DNA of 64,000 nt from Amphiura filiformis (GCF_039555335.1 NC_092647.1:18628946-18692945), one strand, 5' to 3'. Positions 1-15,002 are shown, counted from the stretch's first letter. Numbers and translations are program-made. The notes: generated from the letters alone by a model not told the origin.

Positions 1-371
1 TAGGCCGTATAAAATTAATATTTTGGTTCTCGTCCAGAGGATTTTCATGAATTGATGAGGGAGGGAGGTGTTTTTTTTTCAGTGTAAAATCAGCATTGTC
101 TGCAGTTTTCGGTCTTTTCCAACAGTGCTCGAGGAAGCGATGACGCACTTTTTTTTTTCAAATGTGAGATTCTGAGGATAAACCCACTAGAGTAGGCCCT
201 ACCACAAAAAGACTTGGAAGTGGTCCTTGTTCTAGGGCCTATAGGCCTATGTATGAAAAATTCATAAATCATTCAAAAGTCTTAAAATAATTGAAAAATC
301 TATTTAAAAAAAAAAATCTGACAAATCCCAGAAAAGACACACTTATGGGACCAGGGTCAAAACAAAAGTCA

Positions 372-770
372 GGCTCGGGATAGCGTGTTGGCGCGGTTGT
401 TTCCTCGCCTTGCACCACTACTGAGGTCCCGGGTTCAACTTCAAGCCCCTGGCGCGCGGCCCAAAGACTCGTGTGAACTTGGTTGATCTCGATCCCGCAC
501 GCTTTCTTCGGGATCTCCAGTTTCCTCCTGCTTCTCAAAAATCGGTGATTAGTTGTTTGGTTATCAAAAACTTCCTTCACCCAATGAAATTTGGGGAGCT
601 GAAAAGATAATTGGTGGAAGTTACAATCCAAGCGCGGCTAGATTTGCGACAGGTTCGGCAGCATCCAGCCTAGATGATGCAATCTGATTGTGATAAGTAC
701 CATGGCAGCGAAATTACAGCGCTTTCGGCTTTGAACCCTCCGAGATCTGGGAAAAGGCGTTATTATATAA
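372..770 (+). mobile_element. tRNA-derived SINE, copy A. The tRNA-like head (…GTTCAA… T-loop motif) is followed by a ~300 bp body.
   Basis: Direct alignment by eye with 52885-53270 shows the same element at ~80% identity. The head has box A/B-like tRNA motifs (gcgcggt…, ccgggttcaa). Confidence 0.65.
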
Positions 771-2850
771 AAGCGAAATTTATTTTATTTATTTTAAAAG
801 CCTATGAAAATGAAAAACAAATTTGAAGATAAAGAACCACGAGAAGAACATATTAAGGCCACTCCAAACAATCATATGAACAATATTTACTGTCAGCCTT
901 TGGTTTGGGATATGGAAATGCTTATAGGCCTAATCCAATCTCAACTCAAACTGATAGGCCTACTTGAAAGTGCAAAGTGTCCGAGCGTTTTATCAAAGGT
1001 AGGCCTATAGTTACAAAGTTTATGTTGATTGGGTAAATCTTGTAAAATACAGTGCGCCTGGCTGAATATTTCGTTTTTAGAAATGACTGACATCAATTTA
1101 GCATAGCCTAGGCCTACCCGGTCCTAACCATCCATGGATGAAAATAAGTGTAAGCCTATAATATTTCCAATTTGATGTTTGTAGCATATAGGCTTTTTGA
1201 AGGCCAATGTATGTTTGTAGGCGCTCCTCGTAATTTATTTCAAGAACAGCTTGCATGTCATGTTCTTCTGAACCAACTTCTTCATCTGCCGTTCAGCTAC
1301 TGCCCCAGTGCCAACGGCTCAAATAATATTGGCAAGACTCCCGTATTACACATGGTAGGCCTATAGGGGAATACATTTGCAAAATAAAAGGGCCTATGCC
1401 TACTTTGCATTGGGGGTATGAAAATAAGCATTTTTGAAAGTTAACTTATGGAAGAAAAAGCTTTTTTATACCAATTGTCAGGTTTTGGAAAAAATAATCA
1501 TCTCTTGAATATTTTTAAGGTAGAAAAAAAAAAAAAAATACATAGGCCTATAATAATAATATCCATGGGAGGTGCTCGCGCCGGCACCTCATCTGCAATT
1601 TATGTGTTGCGACAAATCTTGGCGATATTCCCCTTAACATCGTCACTATATCATAGGCCTATAGGCATACTCATAATTAGTTTTATGGTTTTATATATGC
1701 CATGTAGGGCCTACATAAAGTCATCGGAATCATATATTGGTCATGTTGACCGGGGTAGGAAGCTGCATGCTTGATGATGATAAAAAAAAACCAATTGATC
1801 GTCCCCGCCCGCTTCCTTTCGCATGGTATTGCAATTGCGGAGTCTGAAATGTTTAATGCTATTTTCTTTATTATAAGGAAAACTTCTTTTTAAAATGTTT
1901 CAAAAGTTAATAATATTGTCAATAGTTTAGATTTGCTTCTGTCCATTAAGGATTTCAATTTAGAGGCTTTGTTTTAATCATCTTCTCAGAGAACCATCAA
2001 ATAACAAGAGCCTCGGTCCTATCATCCTCCTCTACAAATTACACAACTAGTAATAATATCCGGGAATAATACATAGGGCCTAGGCCTAAATGATCCATTT
2101 GCATTGTAAAAATAACTAATAAATATAAATAAAAGGCCCTCCACTTCCTCTTTTTGATAACATGTGGACAATCAACTGGAATTTTGTTTTTACTTGACCT
2201 TTAAATAATTATAAGTGGTTGTATTACCATGCTTATTGCATCTGATATTTAGATCGCGATCGCTGTTGTCAAATTATCCGGCAAAAATGTCAACGCATAA
2301 CACAAAAGCGCGTAACCACAATGACGTCATAAGGAAAGCGCCAATTTTCTACTTTGGATAAATGGCCCAGCGATGTAGCGTCGGAAGGGAATAAATCGAG
2401 TCGTTGTTTTCATTGTATTTTTATTTCTAAAATAGTTAGTTCTTCAATTGTTTTAAATATTGATTCTATATTTTATGGGCTTTATTTTGATACCAAATCA
2501 TATTTTCTTTCAATGGTCCCTTTAACACCTAAATGTAGATAATAATAAAAAATTTGCTAAACGCCTAAAATGTTTAAAAAGTGTTACAGCTAGGAATTTA
2601 CAGTGCATTGACTATTTTGTTTAACATTTGGGAGATATGATGCCCCAGAAAAGCACCCACAAAAGAAATGCATTGTGGGAAGAATGTCCTTGCTTGATGT
2701 TTTTCCCTACAGTTTTGGTCCTGGAAAAATAACATTTTTAACACTAGGGCGTAAACAGTCAGCGCAGCTTGAAATATACTTTCAGAAACTAATCTTTGTC
2801 ATTAATAACAATGTATTTGCCAGTTTGAATTTCATTCTTGCAGATTTAAA

Positions 2851-3112
2851 AGAGCATTCTGTGTTCCACAGCCTCATCCATCCAATTTTTTCAAAAAAAG
2901 TTGAGATTTTTATACCTCTGGAAACCTCTGGCTACATAATGTTTATGTACAAATAACATCGGCCTATGTATGGAGCAGAGTAATACACATAATCATGCAT
3001 GCATAACTCGCAAACGCAAAATCGAAATCAACTCAAATTTTGGGAATATGCTTTTGTTGTGGATATCTACTGAAAAATAAAAATAGGAGGATAGAATCAC
3101 AAAATCCGCCTT
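2851..3112 (+). repeat. Interspersed repeat R2, copy A (…ccacagcctcatcc…ggctacataatgtttatgtac…ctcgcaaacgcaaaatcg…)
   Basis: Collinear ~85% match to 53285-53635. In copy B an extra ~85 bp hairpin-containing segment is present. Confidence 0.6.
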
Positions 3113-3410
3113 TAACTTGGGTTATTTTTGGATACAATTTTATGTTTATGTGTAGCCCAGTTTTTCAAGCTTTCTAGTATAAACTTCTAAGGTCCTTTGG
3201 AAGTGAACTGAGTCATGGGTGGGGTGGGTAACATAACATGCAGCTGGACTATTACAGCTATGTAACCTAGTTATAATCAAGTGTTATTTCCTTTATTGAT
3301 CGTTATCAATATTACTTAATTAACACACTTAATCTCCATATACACCTGTATTTATGCCTTGTGAAGTTCACTTTTAAAAAACACTCACACTATAATTAAT
3401 ATATGTGATG

Positions 3411-3985
3411 CGATCAAGCAAAATCAGTCTGACATAGGCCCAGGTCAAATTTTGTGTGCTTTTTCATTTAAACATAATCAAAGCTCCACATTTAGTGAAA
3501 ACCCCATGTCAATGCGACCTATGGTTACAAAGTTACAACAATTTGAATGTTGGTGCATTAAAAAGAAGAAACAGAGAAAAATCAAGTTTAAAGTTGGAGT
3601 ACTTACTGTTTATAAAGTCATATTTACTTTACACCTAAAATACATGTAAATACATAGTCAACTCAGCTAGAATGCCTTTGGTTTAAGATATGGCTACGAA
3701 ATTTGGCATAACAAAATGCTAAATCTGAGCTTCATTTAGAATAATTTCAGGATTTATAACAATGATCAATGAAAGTTGAATGGGGGTCAAAAAGTAACTT
3801 TTTCAACATTTTCCCTTGAATAATTTCATCAAAAATATTTGTGTGTGAAAGAAGAATGTTTTTCACTTTCATTTTTGCAAAAAAAAGTCTATTTTGATTT
3901 TTCCCCTACACACATTATTTGGCCTATATCTCAAAACTAGGATTGCCGAGTTCTGACTGATTTTCCTCGATCGCATCACAAATAC
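3411..3985. mobile_element. Non-autonomous TIR element, long member of the atatgtgatgcgatcaagcaaaatcagtc family
   Basis: ~30 bp terminal inverted repeats at 3411-3440 and 3950-3985. The same termini bound a 275 bp element at 62423-62697 and a diverged one at 55557-55835. Confidence 0.55.
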
Positions 3986-4679
3986 GCGCATACGGTCTAT
4001 TTTGAAAATTGTCACATAAGAAATTGGACCCTATCATCCCTATGACATTTGGGCATACACAGTACATGTAGGCCTAGGCTATAGCATATTTTCACCCAAA
4101 AAGTGGATCTTTTGTTGAATTGCTTGATTTTAATTTTGATAAGGGTTTGTAGTGTTCTGATCACCCCCCCTTTGGTACAACTCCCCCACCCCCAGCTACA
4201 GGCCTGGCCCAGCAAACACAAAACTTGTAAGTTTTAGAGAAAACATTTTAACATCATTGGGTTTAATAAAAGGTGTAAATATAGTAAATAGTAGCATGAT
4301 GATGGGCTTGACGGATACTTCGAGTGTGTAATTACAGATATTCTATTTATAATCACACAATGCAAGGAAAGCAGTCTATTATTTATAACATTACAGACCC
4401 GTCCAGTAATTTGCCCATCTGGACGATCGTAAAAATCATCAAAAAGTTTCCAAGAAACAAGTCATCATAATTTCCCACCACACTTTAATATGATCAGAAA
4501 CCCAACACAAACATTGATCTATCCCGGCTTAGTAACCTAAGGGCGGAAATTAACTCAATGAACTCTGAAGAAAACTGAAATTCATCCTGCTTAAATTTAC
4601 CCCTCCCATTTACATGATGTACCAGAGTATACAAGCTGCATCAATACCAATAACAAAGCGAAGGAGAATACTCCTGCCT

Positions 4680-4909
4680 TAATGCTCTGCGTGCTAGCCA
4701 TAGGCTTCAACACAAAAAGTCCAAATTTTGAGATGTTTTCTCAAAATATCAAGAGCTACCTCGAGAACCTCTGAACCAATACAAGGCTTGTTTGTACTCA
4801 TTTTAATGCATTTTTCATGCTGATGCCAAATCTGGTCATGAAAATGTAGAATTCTAAAATTTTTGAATTTTTAAAGAAAATTTGAAACCCATCGTCTGCA
4901 GTCGACACC
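4680..4909 (+). repeat. Interspersed repeat R3 (taatgctctgc-tgctagccataggcttcaac … cgtctgcagtcgacacc), copy 1
   Basis: Near full-length copies at 4680-4909, 16620-16850 and 55237-55466. Partial copies at 8220-8310 (+) and 10565-10685 (−). Confidence 0.6.
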
Positions 4910-7060
4910 ATCGCGGTGAGGGTTAAGATAAATTGGTACCATGGCATTCAATTATTTTCAATAGAGATCAGTTTGTGTGGCATCTTGAGTATATCTCACA
5001 CCTTTGCTACACCCAAAGTTCAGGTAAAGTAAGTCAACTGGCTCATTATGGCCAATAGATGGGGCTAAACCACTTTTATGGACTCTGTATGTATTAAAGG
5101 CATCATCTTCTACACGGCCTACATGATAAAATCCTGTGTGTGGTTGGGAGGATGTTCACATGCCTTTGCTTTAATATACAAATAGAGTGTTTTTGACAGT
5201 CTATATTGGCAGGTATTCAATTTATTCTTCCCGTTTGCCCCTAAAACATGTGTTTTAGTGCATGAGATGGTATCACGGAATGATAACAAGTGAAAACACA
5301 TGATTTTTGACATGGGTAGTTTGAAAACTAAAGTTCTCTAGACCTTTTGTAAAATAGCCATTTTGTTGAGAAAAATTAATAAAACAGTATTTAAACCTTA
5401 AAGGGGGATCCAGTTGACCAGGCAAACTTTCAAGGACAACCCAATTAAGTAGGCTTAAAATACAATCAAGTCAATGTTCACCTCTATACCACCAAACTTT
5501 ATACAGCTCCCAACTTAATGTGTTTTCCAGATATTTATAGCGACCTTTAATCATTTTTCTACATTCTTTCTTCCAGACCCACTTCTCATCAACATAAATG
5601 TCACATTGTTGAAGTAAATGTGTGACTGATTCACACATAAAACAAAATAAATTTGGTAAAATATGAACTTGACACTTCCTGTCTGCAACTAACTGGCAAT
5701 AAAATCTGAATTTATGCACAAAACTGTTGAAAATTGAAACTGATCCTAGTCCATAAAATATGAAATATAACATCTTAGCTATACTTTGTTCTGCTTAATA
5801 TTATTTGCTTTTTGCTACTGGGTGCATCAATTATTCTCTTGTAAATTCAAAATAGCATGAGCTAGTCACCCAGGCATATCATTAATTTCGGTAGGTATAC
5901 TCCCCCCCCCCCCTTGAATTTTGAGATGCTGCAAGGTCTGTGGGAGCTGACGACGTACCAGTAAAAGGGGGTCTTTTGGAGTTAACAACAGTCAAAATCA
6001 GGAGTTGAAATTTGCCTGAAAAAAAAACCCAGAAATGTGAGGATTGAGCAATTTATAGGGGTCAAAGAGCTGAAATTATCAAAATCAAGGGCATTTTAGT
6101 GCTGTTTTGGTACAATTCAGGGCTCTTTCAGAGCTGTGTGGTCCAAAAATAGAGGCCTCTCATATCCCTGGTTTTGCAAAATATTTTGAAACCTTTCGCA
6201 TTACAAAATAATCCCAAGTCATAACAATGAAAACTATCATCCTTGTCACTCCATCAAACTAAATTAGACCATGATTAGACTTAATAATAAACATGGGAAT
6301 CTAACCCTGAACCTAAACCTTCAGTCCTGGTTCTGGTAAAGCTGTATTATTAAAAACACAATCTGAAATGGAGGTAAAATTTAAACCAAGCTTGAAATTT
6401 TGATAAACAAACAAGGTCTTGAGGGGAAATGTTCAAGGCCCAGTTTAAAAAAGGCTGACAGCCAAATTTGATCATTTAATGGTAGACATCAGTCATACCA
6501 CCAGAAACGTGATGAACCAAATTGTCTGGTTTTATGTGATAGATGGATGGCATTGTGATTGTCAGGTGGTAGCACTTCTTAAACTGTAAAGGTACATTGT
6601 GAAGTTCAATCTATAAAACATTATAATGATGACGTCCATGAACTCTAGAGACTTCCACCAAGTTTGGAAATGAGGCATTTAACTCTCCCTATCACTAGGA
6701 TTCCATGATGAGCAAATCATGAGGCAGTGGGCCGTTTTACCATGAAAACCACTTTAATCTAGGGTGCCCTTATTATTAAAGACTTTAGGCCTACTATTGA
6801 TCCCAGAGATTTATACTTCATTATTTCTTCTTCTTCTTCCTTATAAGTGCCTCCCTCATATGTATGAGTATTATCGCACTGAGTACAGACAAGCTGTACT
6901 TATTTTTTACTCTGGAACCTAGAGTAGATGAGTGTATTTTGAAGTACAGTCAACATGACCGGGATGATCCCCTGCTCTTTTCGAATAGCCGGTGACGTTC
7001 TTTAACGTGCACACTACATTAATGTGAGAAAATATGCATGTACAGGACCGACAGCTTAAA

Positions 7061-7192
7061 GTGCCCTCCGAAGCACTAAGCAAGTAGAGTGAAGTGTCTT
7101 GCTCAAGGACACAAAGAGCCTGACCTGGGATTCGAACCCTTGACCCTTGGGTTCACAGTCCTATGCCTTAACCGTTAGGCCACGCTCTCCTC
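7061..7192 (-). mobile_element. tRNA-derived SINE fragment. The reverse complement reads ggaggagagcgtggcctaacggttaaggcatag…gggttcgaatccc.
   Basis: tRNA-like D-arm and T-arm (GGTTCGAATCC) motifs on the minus strand, with a non-tRNA tail. No acceptor stem can be paired, so it is not a functional tRNA. Confidence 0.55.
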
Positions 7193-7532
7193 CTATGAAT
7201 GTACCCTGGTGGAATGAACTTGTAGTGTCGTGAATGTGTAGTAACTAGTATAGTGTAAAATCTATGCATGTAGGTTTCATGTTATTGTAGGCCTACATAG
7301 ATTGTGTAGGCCTATTATAGGCAAAGCTTTAAAATATCAGTTTGCCTTAAATCGAGGGCACTCTAGATAAAAGTTGACGTGATAAACAGCCGTACCCTAG
7401 GTATAGGGAAATACAAGTTGCAAGTGGGCCGTCAGTTAACCCTTCCTCCTCCAACAAGAATGGTAGGTTTCCGTTTCAAGTAGCCCTCAAAATGAACAAA
7501 TACCCTGAACCTGCGGTTTCTAAGGGTCGTGG

Positions 7533-7747
7533 GCAGTGGCGGCACCACGGGGGGGGGGGGGGGGATGGGGCATTTCCAACAGAACTCTTGCCTCCCTGTT
7601 GCCCCCAGAAAAAACCCAAAATTACGAAAATTTCCACTTTTTATGCGGTAATTTTATGCAAAATTTGTTGATTTTGCCCCCCTGAAATTCACTTCCCCAC
7701 CCCCTAATGCCCCCCCCCCCGAACAAAATTCCTGTCGCCACCACTGG
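7533..7747. mobile_element. G/C-homopolymer-rich MITE (family G) with termini cagtggcggcacc … ggtggcgacag
   Basis: Imperfect terminal inverted repeats. Internal G16 and C10-11 runs. Related copies at 17185-17364 (opposite orientation) and partial at 8568-8650. Confidence 0.5.
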
Positions 7748-8219
7748 TAGTGGGCCATTTGAAAAAAGATTGCGAACAAAACCCTTATGAAAGAAAATTA
7801 TGAAACTAGCATTATAAAAGTAAAGATACCCTTATTAACTTGCTATTTTTGTGAAACAATTATAAAATATCAGCCCCCCCTACTGAGATTGATTCTAAAT
7901 ATCATCCCTATTAATTTTTGACTATCAATATTCATTCATTTTACCTTTAAATGCACGATGACATGCACTGGAACAGAAAAACATCGATTGATGATGGTTT
8001 TTGTTTATTATGATTAATGTGGCTTCACCTTTCTTTCATAAGAGACCTACTTAATGTGGTGATGTTTTTCCATCATAGGCCTACAAAATGTGGTAACCAA
8101 TCTACATGTATACACTGGAAAAATAATTATTGGTTAATTTGATTACTTTTTCACAGAATTTAAACATTGTGTCTCCTGGCTGGATTTTAATAAAACCATT
8201 CTAAAACCTGCCCCTCTAG

Positions 8220-8310
8220 TTAAAGATCTGCGTACTAGCCATAGGCTTCAGCATAAAAAGTTTTGAGATATTTTCTCAAAATATCAAGAGCTATCTCAAG
8301 AATCATTGAA
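8220..8310 (+). repeat. R3 repeat, 5' partial copy
   Basis: Matches the first ~90 bp of the R3 copies (ctagccataggcttcagcataaaaag…ttttctcaaaatatcaagagctatctcaagaa). Confidence 0.5.
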
Positions 8311-10564
8311 AAAAATTCTGCCCGACCCCAACTTCCAATTCCCCCTCCCCCCAAGTCAAATTGTGCATCCCAAAACCGGGCCCTAAACAAGCAATTTTCT
8401 TATGCTAAATGTTCAAAGCAAACAGGTGATAAACAACTTGTCTGATGGTTAACCACTTTCACCACCAAATCGTTCAGTAACCTTTGGACTTGTCATATCG
8501 AATCATCTCTTTGGTCCGGTCCGGGCTCTTTGGCTGGCCATAAAATTGGTTTCCTCTATTTCCTCCAGCAATTTTATGCAAACATTGTTGATTTACCCCC
8601 CCCTTCATTTCCCCCCCGATAAAAATTGCTGGCACCGCCACTAGTAGCAGTACACACCGGGCAGGTCAACCCACGGCCCACTTTTTTGCACTTTTTGTAG
8701 CTTTGCTCACTTTGCTTATGGAGATTGTAACTTTGGGTACCCCATTTTTTGTCACCTTTGCTGTACACACAATGATTTTACCTACACAAAGAAGTAACTG
8801 CATAGTGGCTAAATGTATTTTGATGATCTTTTCAATATGTAAACATTTCTGGTAGAAAATATCTCTACACCTATAGATTTTACTTTTAACTCGACTCAAA
8901 GATTATTTCCTGAAGCACTCCGAAAACAGATAAAGACAGGAAAGAGTAAAGGATGACCAGATACTTGTTTCCTGCTCTCAAGTATTTATCACATTTCATA
9001 GCCTGGTATCAGCATGATCAGGAAACAAGGGGACACTTGAAGTTTGGATTGATGATTAATTTATACACAAAATGATCAAGACATGTAAAAGGCACATTGT
9101 CTTGCAATTAATGACTAAAGAATTAATTATATTAGTTTCCCCTCTCCTTGGCTTGTCAAAAAATGCAACCTACATACACAGATTGGAATATATATTATAA
9201 TTGTTGTACTCTGTGCATAAATTAAATGATATTTCGAGTCTTCTTTATTGACCAGGAAGAAGAAGTGTGGAGCCCAGTTTGACCAGGGATATGATATCCC
9301 TGGTTTGACTTATCTCAAGTTTAGCCTATTTCCTGGATCACACCTGGGATCACACAACATTATTACATAACAGATAAGGACAGGAAAGAGCAAGGGCAAG
9401 GATGCATGGCCAGATTCTTGTTTCCTCAGTCTTTATCAGATAAAGTGATGTCTCACTTTCCAATTTTCTGTACTGATTTGCTATGGGTAGATAGTGACAA
9501 AATGTACCTAAATGCACAGAGTACATCCAGATTTTGCAATGAACAAACAAACACAAAACCTGAAACTCATATTAAATAGAAGTGCCAGAGAAAACTTTAC
9601 ATTTCTAGATATTGCATTTGATATCATGATCCCAAACCCATAATTGAAAATCTGAAAACCACTAATGATGCTATCTTCAGAAGATAGCATAATCACCTGA
9701 AGACTCTCAAATGCTCCATCCTTGATTTGGTTATTTTTATTGAAAATAAATGCATATTTCGTTAAAATGTTCACACTTAACTGGTTGAATAATATCCAGT
9801 TAAAAATGTTGTTCTTGTTTATTCTTTTCATTACAATCATGTATTCTATTCAATTTCTGTAAAGCTCATAGATGTTTTCAAACATTTTGTAGGCACAAAT
9901 AAATAAATAAACACAAACCCTTTTCGACATTAATCGCAAAAGGTTAGAAAAGATTGCCATAAAACTTTTAAATGTAGGGTTATATAAAGGTATGAAGGGT
10001 ATAAAACTTTTCATAACATTTTTTGAAAACTTACTGCAAAATATGCTAATAATATAATGTTATTTAAAAGTGTTGACAAAATATTTGGCAAAACTGTTTG
10101 CAAAAAATGATTTATATAGGCCTATATGAACATTTTGCCAACATTTAAAAAATGTTGGTATGTATTTTTAAAATGTTTTCATGACGAGGCATTAAACCGA
10201 CATTCAATGTTATAAACAATTTTACCAAAACCCAAACCCAAAATCGTTTTAAAAACGTTTTGTGTTTGCTGGGGAAATGATGCAAATTGCATGCAAACAA
10301 CAGAATTGTACATTTTCATGACCATATTTGGAATCCCCATGTAATAAAAATTCCTTTAAAAAAGGAATGTGGCGCCCAATGTGAACTTGGACGTGATATG
10401 GTGAATTCCATGGTGTGTAGATTTGGTATTATAATGATTTTTCTAGGGAAGAGTAGAAGATGATCAAATGCAAGAGAAATGTGTTTGATTGGGGAAGGTG
10501 TATGACAGGACCGTTTTGGATGAAATAAATGGGAATGAAGCTTTCGTATGTAAAAAGCATTAAA

Positions 10565-10685
10565 ATGAGTACAAACAAGCCCAGTATTGGTTCAATGGTT
10601 CTTAAGATAGCTTTTGATATTTTGAGAAAATATCTCTCAACTTGGAACTTTTTATGTTGAAGCCTATGGCTAGCACACAGAGCAT
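10565..10685 (-). repeat. R3 repeat, partial copy on the minus strand
   Basis: The reverse complement matches the R3 5' half. Confidence 0.5.
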
Positions 10686-11107
10686 CATGTTCTATATTTT
10701 CTGTGAGGTCATTTTTGCACCAGGGTAGTTTTACCTGGCAATCTTTGTTTTAGAGAACCCACCTGTTTCATAAGAATATAATTAAGTTAATAAGAACATC
10801 TGATCACTAGAAAAGCTTTAAACAGTTATTATTATTATATTGTTGAACACAACTGTTTGAGACATAATTCTGCAATATTTAGATTCAGCTTAGTGACAAC
10901 ACCTGTCTGTGTTTGGCCAATAACTTTGTCAATTGATTTCTAAATTTCTCTGCATTTGCTTAATCTTGGGATGACCACAAATTGGATTTATTATAATATT
11001 ATTGGCTTGTTGTGATTTATTCAAATGACCTATATAATTGCTTTTATTGGATGGTCAAGTGTCATGTCCTTTTTTTCTATTTTTCCTTATTTTCATTTTA
11101 CTATGGT

Positions 11108-11160
11108 CAATCAACCAGCCAATCAACCAGCCAATCAACCAGCCAATCAACCAATCAATC
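11108..11160. repeat. 12-bp microsatellite (ccaatcaaccag)x~4.5
   Basis: Perfect tandem repeats visible directly in the sequence. Confidence 0.9.
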
Positions 11161-11383
11161 TATCAACTGAGCAATTTGCTGTAGAAATGATGAAACAGGG
11201 TTACCTACCAAGTACCATAGCAATAACAAATTTTATATAAATGCACTGCACAAGTACTGGTACCTTTGAATTGAACCAGTAGACTTTTCCCTTCATATTG
11301 ACTTTTTATGTGGAGTATGGGGATTCGCACCCCACATCCTCCTGGCTACGGCTCTGTGATCAGGTTAAATATGAACCTGTGTA

Positions 11384-11527
11384 TTAACCAAGTTTTTCTT
11401 TCAAACCATTTAATTTTCATGACGAAAATTGGAATCTCTATAATAAAATAAATCATTAACCAAGTTTTTCATTCAAACCATTTAATTTCCATGACCAAAA
11501 TTGGAATCTCTATAATAAAATAAATCA
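11384..11527. repeat. Tandem duplication of a ~71 bp unit (accaagtttttc-ttcaaaccatttaatttNcatgacNaaaattggaatctctataataaaataaatca)
   Basis: Two adjacent near-identical copies. Confidence 0.8.
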
Positions 11528-14500
11528 AAATGCATATAAATCTATTAAATGCTGGTTCATGTTTCTTTTTTTGCAATTGCTGCATTTTCTGAAAAGTTCA
11601 AATTTCATTAAAATTGCAAGGAAGCAAAATAGCTGCCTACAAAGGCTATTTTAAGCCTAACATCTCTAATTTAATATAGAGTACCGTACCTTGGAAATAA
11701 TTGATAAGACAAAATAAGATACCCTGGATCTCAGGGACCTTGTGTTTATGTCTGTGTTAATATGTGAACAGGAAAATTGTTATGTAATTGACTTTCCCTT
11801 GCTAGTTTATCTTGATAAAATGATATAACACCATAAATGATAGCCTTAATTGTCAAGTACATTACTTCACAGACTCCGGAGATATATAGATATATTTAAC
11901 TGATAATATGAGATATGAGTCACTGGAGTCCCCAACATATTTGAGTCATTCAAAAACAAGTGAATTATACCTTCTCATGATGCATTTCATTGGCTTAGGA
12001 AGATTTTCAACATGGGGGGGGGGGGGGGCTGAAACTTAAAAAATATTTTGATGGGGGTTTCCCCTCCCCCCTTGGAGTAAGAAAATGTTGCAAATTATAG
12101 GTCACAAACACCAATTTTCCCTCTATTTTATCACAATTTTTAACTTCATCTATTATTGAGGTGGGGCTTGAAAGGTATTCCAGTCCCGCACCAAAATTAT
12201 TGAGGGGGCTGAGCCCCCTCCCCCAGCCCCCCGGTTCCTAAGCCTATGCATTATTTCATTCGTAATATTGCCATTTTTCAGTCTTAATATTGCCATTGGC
12301 GTAAAACAATGAGGCGAAAAAAATAATGATATCGCCCATGTTATATGAGACGATAGATGCAATCCAGCAGCTAAAAAAATACTCTAAATATTGGACAAAT
12401 GAGGTATCAAAATGTGCGTAAATATCAAAATAATATTTAGGCCTATTCCTAAGTTTAAATTATTGTGAATATGATGAATATATAGTTCTGAAGCTATAGA
12501 CGTGTATATAATGACTGCGTTCCTTTTTGTGAAAGCTTTATTTTCATGCCTACACTGTCAAAATATATAGGCCTACTTGAGGTTTAACTTGCTGACTTTG
12601 CAAGGTTTGCAAAAAAGCCTGTTTCTGGCACTACTCCCAAGAAAAAATCAATGGCGCAAGCCTGACAATTACTCACTTTACTCCATTCATTTAGAAAACA
12701 ATACACAGAATAAAGATTTGTGGACCTATGTAAATTGTCAAAATTATGTTCTTGGGTATTTTTGGCTCTGTTCCGAAAACCGCAAACCATGTTAGATAAT
12801 ACAAATTTGCTACATATGAACCTGTATGTCTCCAGGCACAGTTAACAACATACAGGAACCCTGCGCATCTTGTCTCAGTTCAAAAGTTCAAAACTTCTCA
12901 GAGATAACAAATTTACCAAGTAAGCCTGGAGTAAAAAAATATATCACTGCATTTACTTGCATTTACACTTTTTTCAACCTGGTGGGAGAGTCTGCAATTG
13001 ATCTGATCTGATCTAGTCATACCAAAGGCGGCAAAAATAAGGAGTAAAATACAATAAAAACCAATCAAATGAACATAAAAAAATGTAGAACTTATGAAAT
13101 ATGCCAGAGATGTGTTGACTTCAACATCAATAATACACAAAAAGCTAATTTATTAGCAATGGTATTGCTAAATTGTCAAAATTTCCAACTTCGGTGGATA
13201 AGATCATGTCACAAATAGTAAGAAAAAAAAATCTCATTGGATGGTATATAATTCCTGGTGGAATGGTGGTGTAATTTGTAAAATCGGCTCATAGTTGGGA
13301 ATCCTGGGAGGCCATTTAACGTAATCAAAGGTTATGTGGAAAAAACACCTGTCTTATCTGTCTCGGCAGAGAAGATATTTTACCCTTCCCAGAATCCTTT
13401 GCAACATGATGCATCACCTCATTTCATCAAATCACACTCCTATTTTTTAATACAATAGCTTACTTTGTACAGGTTCCTTTTGTTTTCAGTGTGAGAATAA
13501 ACTGGTTAAACCTGGTTAAACATAGGTCAATCAAGAAATAAACATATTTTGCAAGATCTGGATGTCCTCTGTTTATTCATTGAGGTACCTAAACTACCTT
13601 TTGTCGACCCATGCTGAACTGGATTGCAAATCAGTACAGACAATGGAAACGGAAGCAATGCATTATGGGAAGTATAAGATATAGTATTGCCTCTGTACAC
13701 TGATCTACCAGGGCCTGCAAGAAGGTCATAAGCACTTTTAATATTATATGCACTTACACTTTTCTTGCATTCAGATCTATAATCTATATATTCATAAAAA
13801 CTAGAAATGTTCAGAAATTCCATAGAGGTAGGCACATGTTATCTAAAATACTGCCAAGCACATGCATGGTAAATTGCAGTGCAGTGTTTATGGGGTTGGG
13901 GGTTTTATTCTGGAAAAAGTGGTGCGCCAATTGCAAATGAAATGTTTTTTCCCCAATTTTGTCTTAAATTTTCTCAAATTGACTAATATTGCAAATTTGC
14001 AATACAGAATTGCAAATTCTTGTGCACAAATCTCATTTTAACTTGGCCAAAAATACATCAGCACAGGTGTGGGAGGGGTCATTTTAATAGTTCGGCCTAT
14101 ATGATATAAATGTCAATGACCTGTGATTTTACAGCCAGCACACCACTGCATCTCATCCAAATGTGGGTCTATTAAGACCCTGTACAAATTAAAAAATGTC
14201 TTCATTCGACGAAGATAAGTTAATCTTGATTAACTAATTAAGCATGCGTACACATTACGCTGAACGAAGATCGAACAAAGACATTGCACCATACACATTT
14301 CATGAAAATTAACGAAGCTATTAACGCCCGGCTATTATTAAAGTATTCCTTCGTTGTCAAAACAACCTTTTTAGCTTTGTTGAACGAAGCAATCTTCTTC
14401 AAAGGAAGAAAAGAATTGGCACTGATTTTGCCCTATTTTTGCCCACGATTGGAGTCAATAGCTGTGAATATTGGTGGGAAACGGATTCCTTGCCCCCTTT

Positions 14501-15002
14501 TTGTGAATATGTAACTTCTTTTTTAAAACAAAACTGTAGAAATTTTACAAATTGCATAGATTTGTGGATATTTTTTATCATTCTCTTCCTCAACATCCAG
14601 ACAGTCAAAATTAGGTCATATTGGTATGTCTGTCTGTGCAAGTAACTTGCTAAATTTCTCCCTGTGGAGCAAAAAAAAAATCTGAAAAAGTCAAACTTTT
14701 GCTCACCTCGTAAGTGAGTAAAGGTCACGTACATGTGGCATGGGAACACGCTGGCTTCTTACAAACTATTATTAGTTTAAAATTTCTACCCTAAAATGGA
14801 TATATAAAAATTATTTGAACTGTATAGACCTACATGTATGTGTGATTATGAAAGAGTGAGTGCATATGAAAGATAGCGCTTTTAGCAATACATGTCCCAA
14901 AGCTTGCGAAGATTTTAAAATCTATACCAAATGCGTTTTTTCCCACTCTTCCCCCAAACTCATTTTCATATTGGCCTAAACAAAATGAAATATTTTGACT
15001 AA

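Noticed and set aside
269-631. 120-aa minus-strand ORF at the window start, and an 89-aa plus-strand ORF at 52883-53152
   Set aside because: Both lie entirely within the two copies of the tRNA-derived SINE, in different frames and strands in the two copies. They are repeat sequence, not coding.
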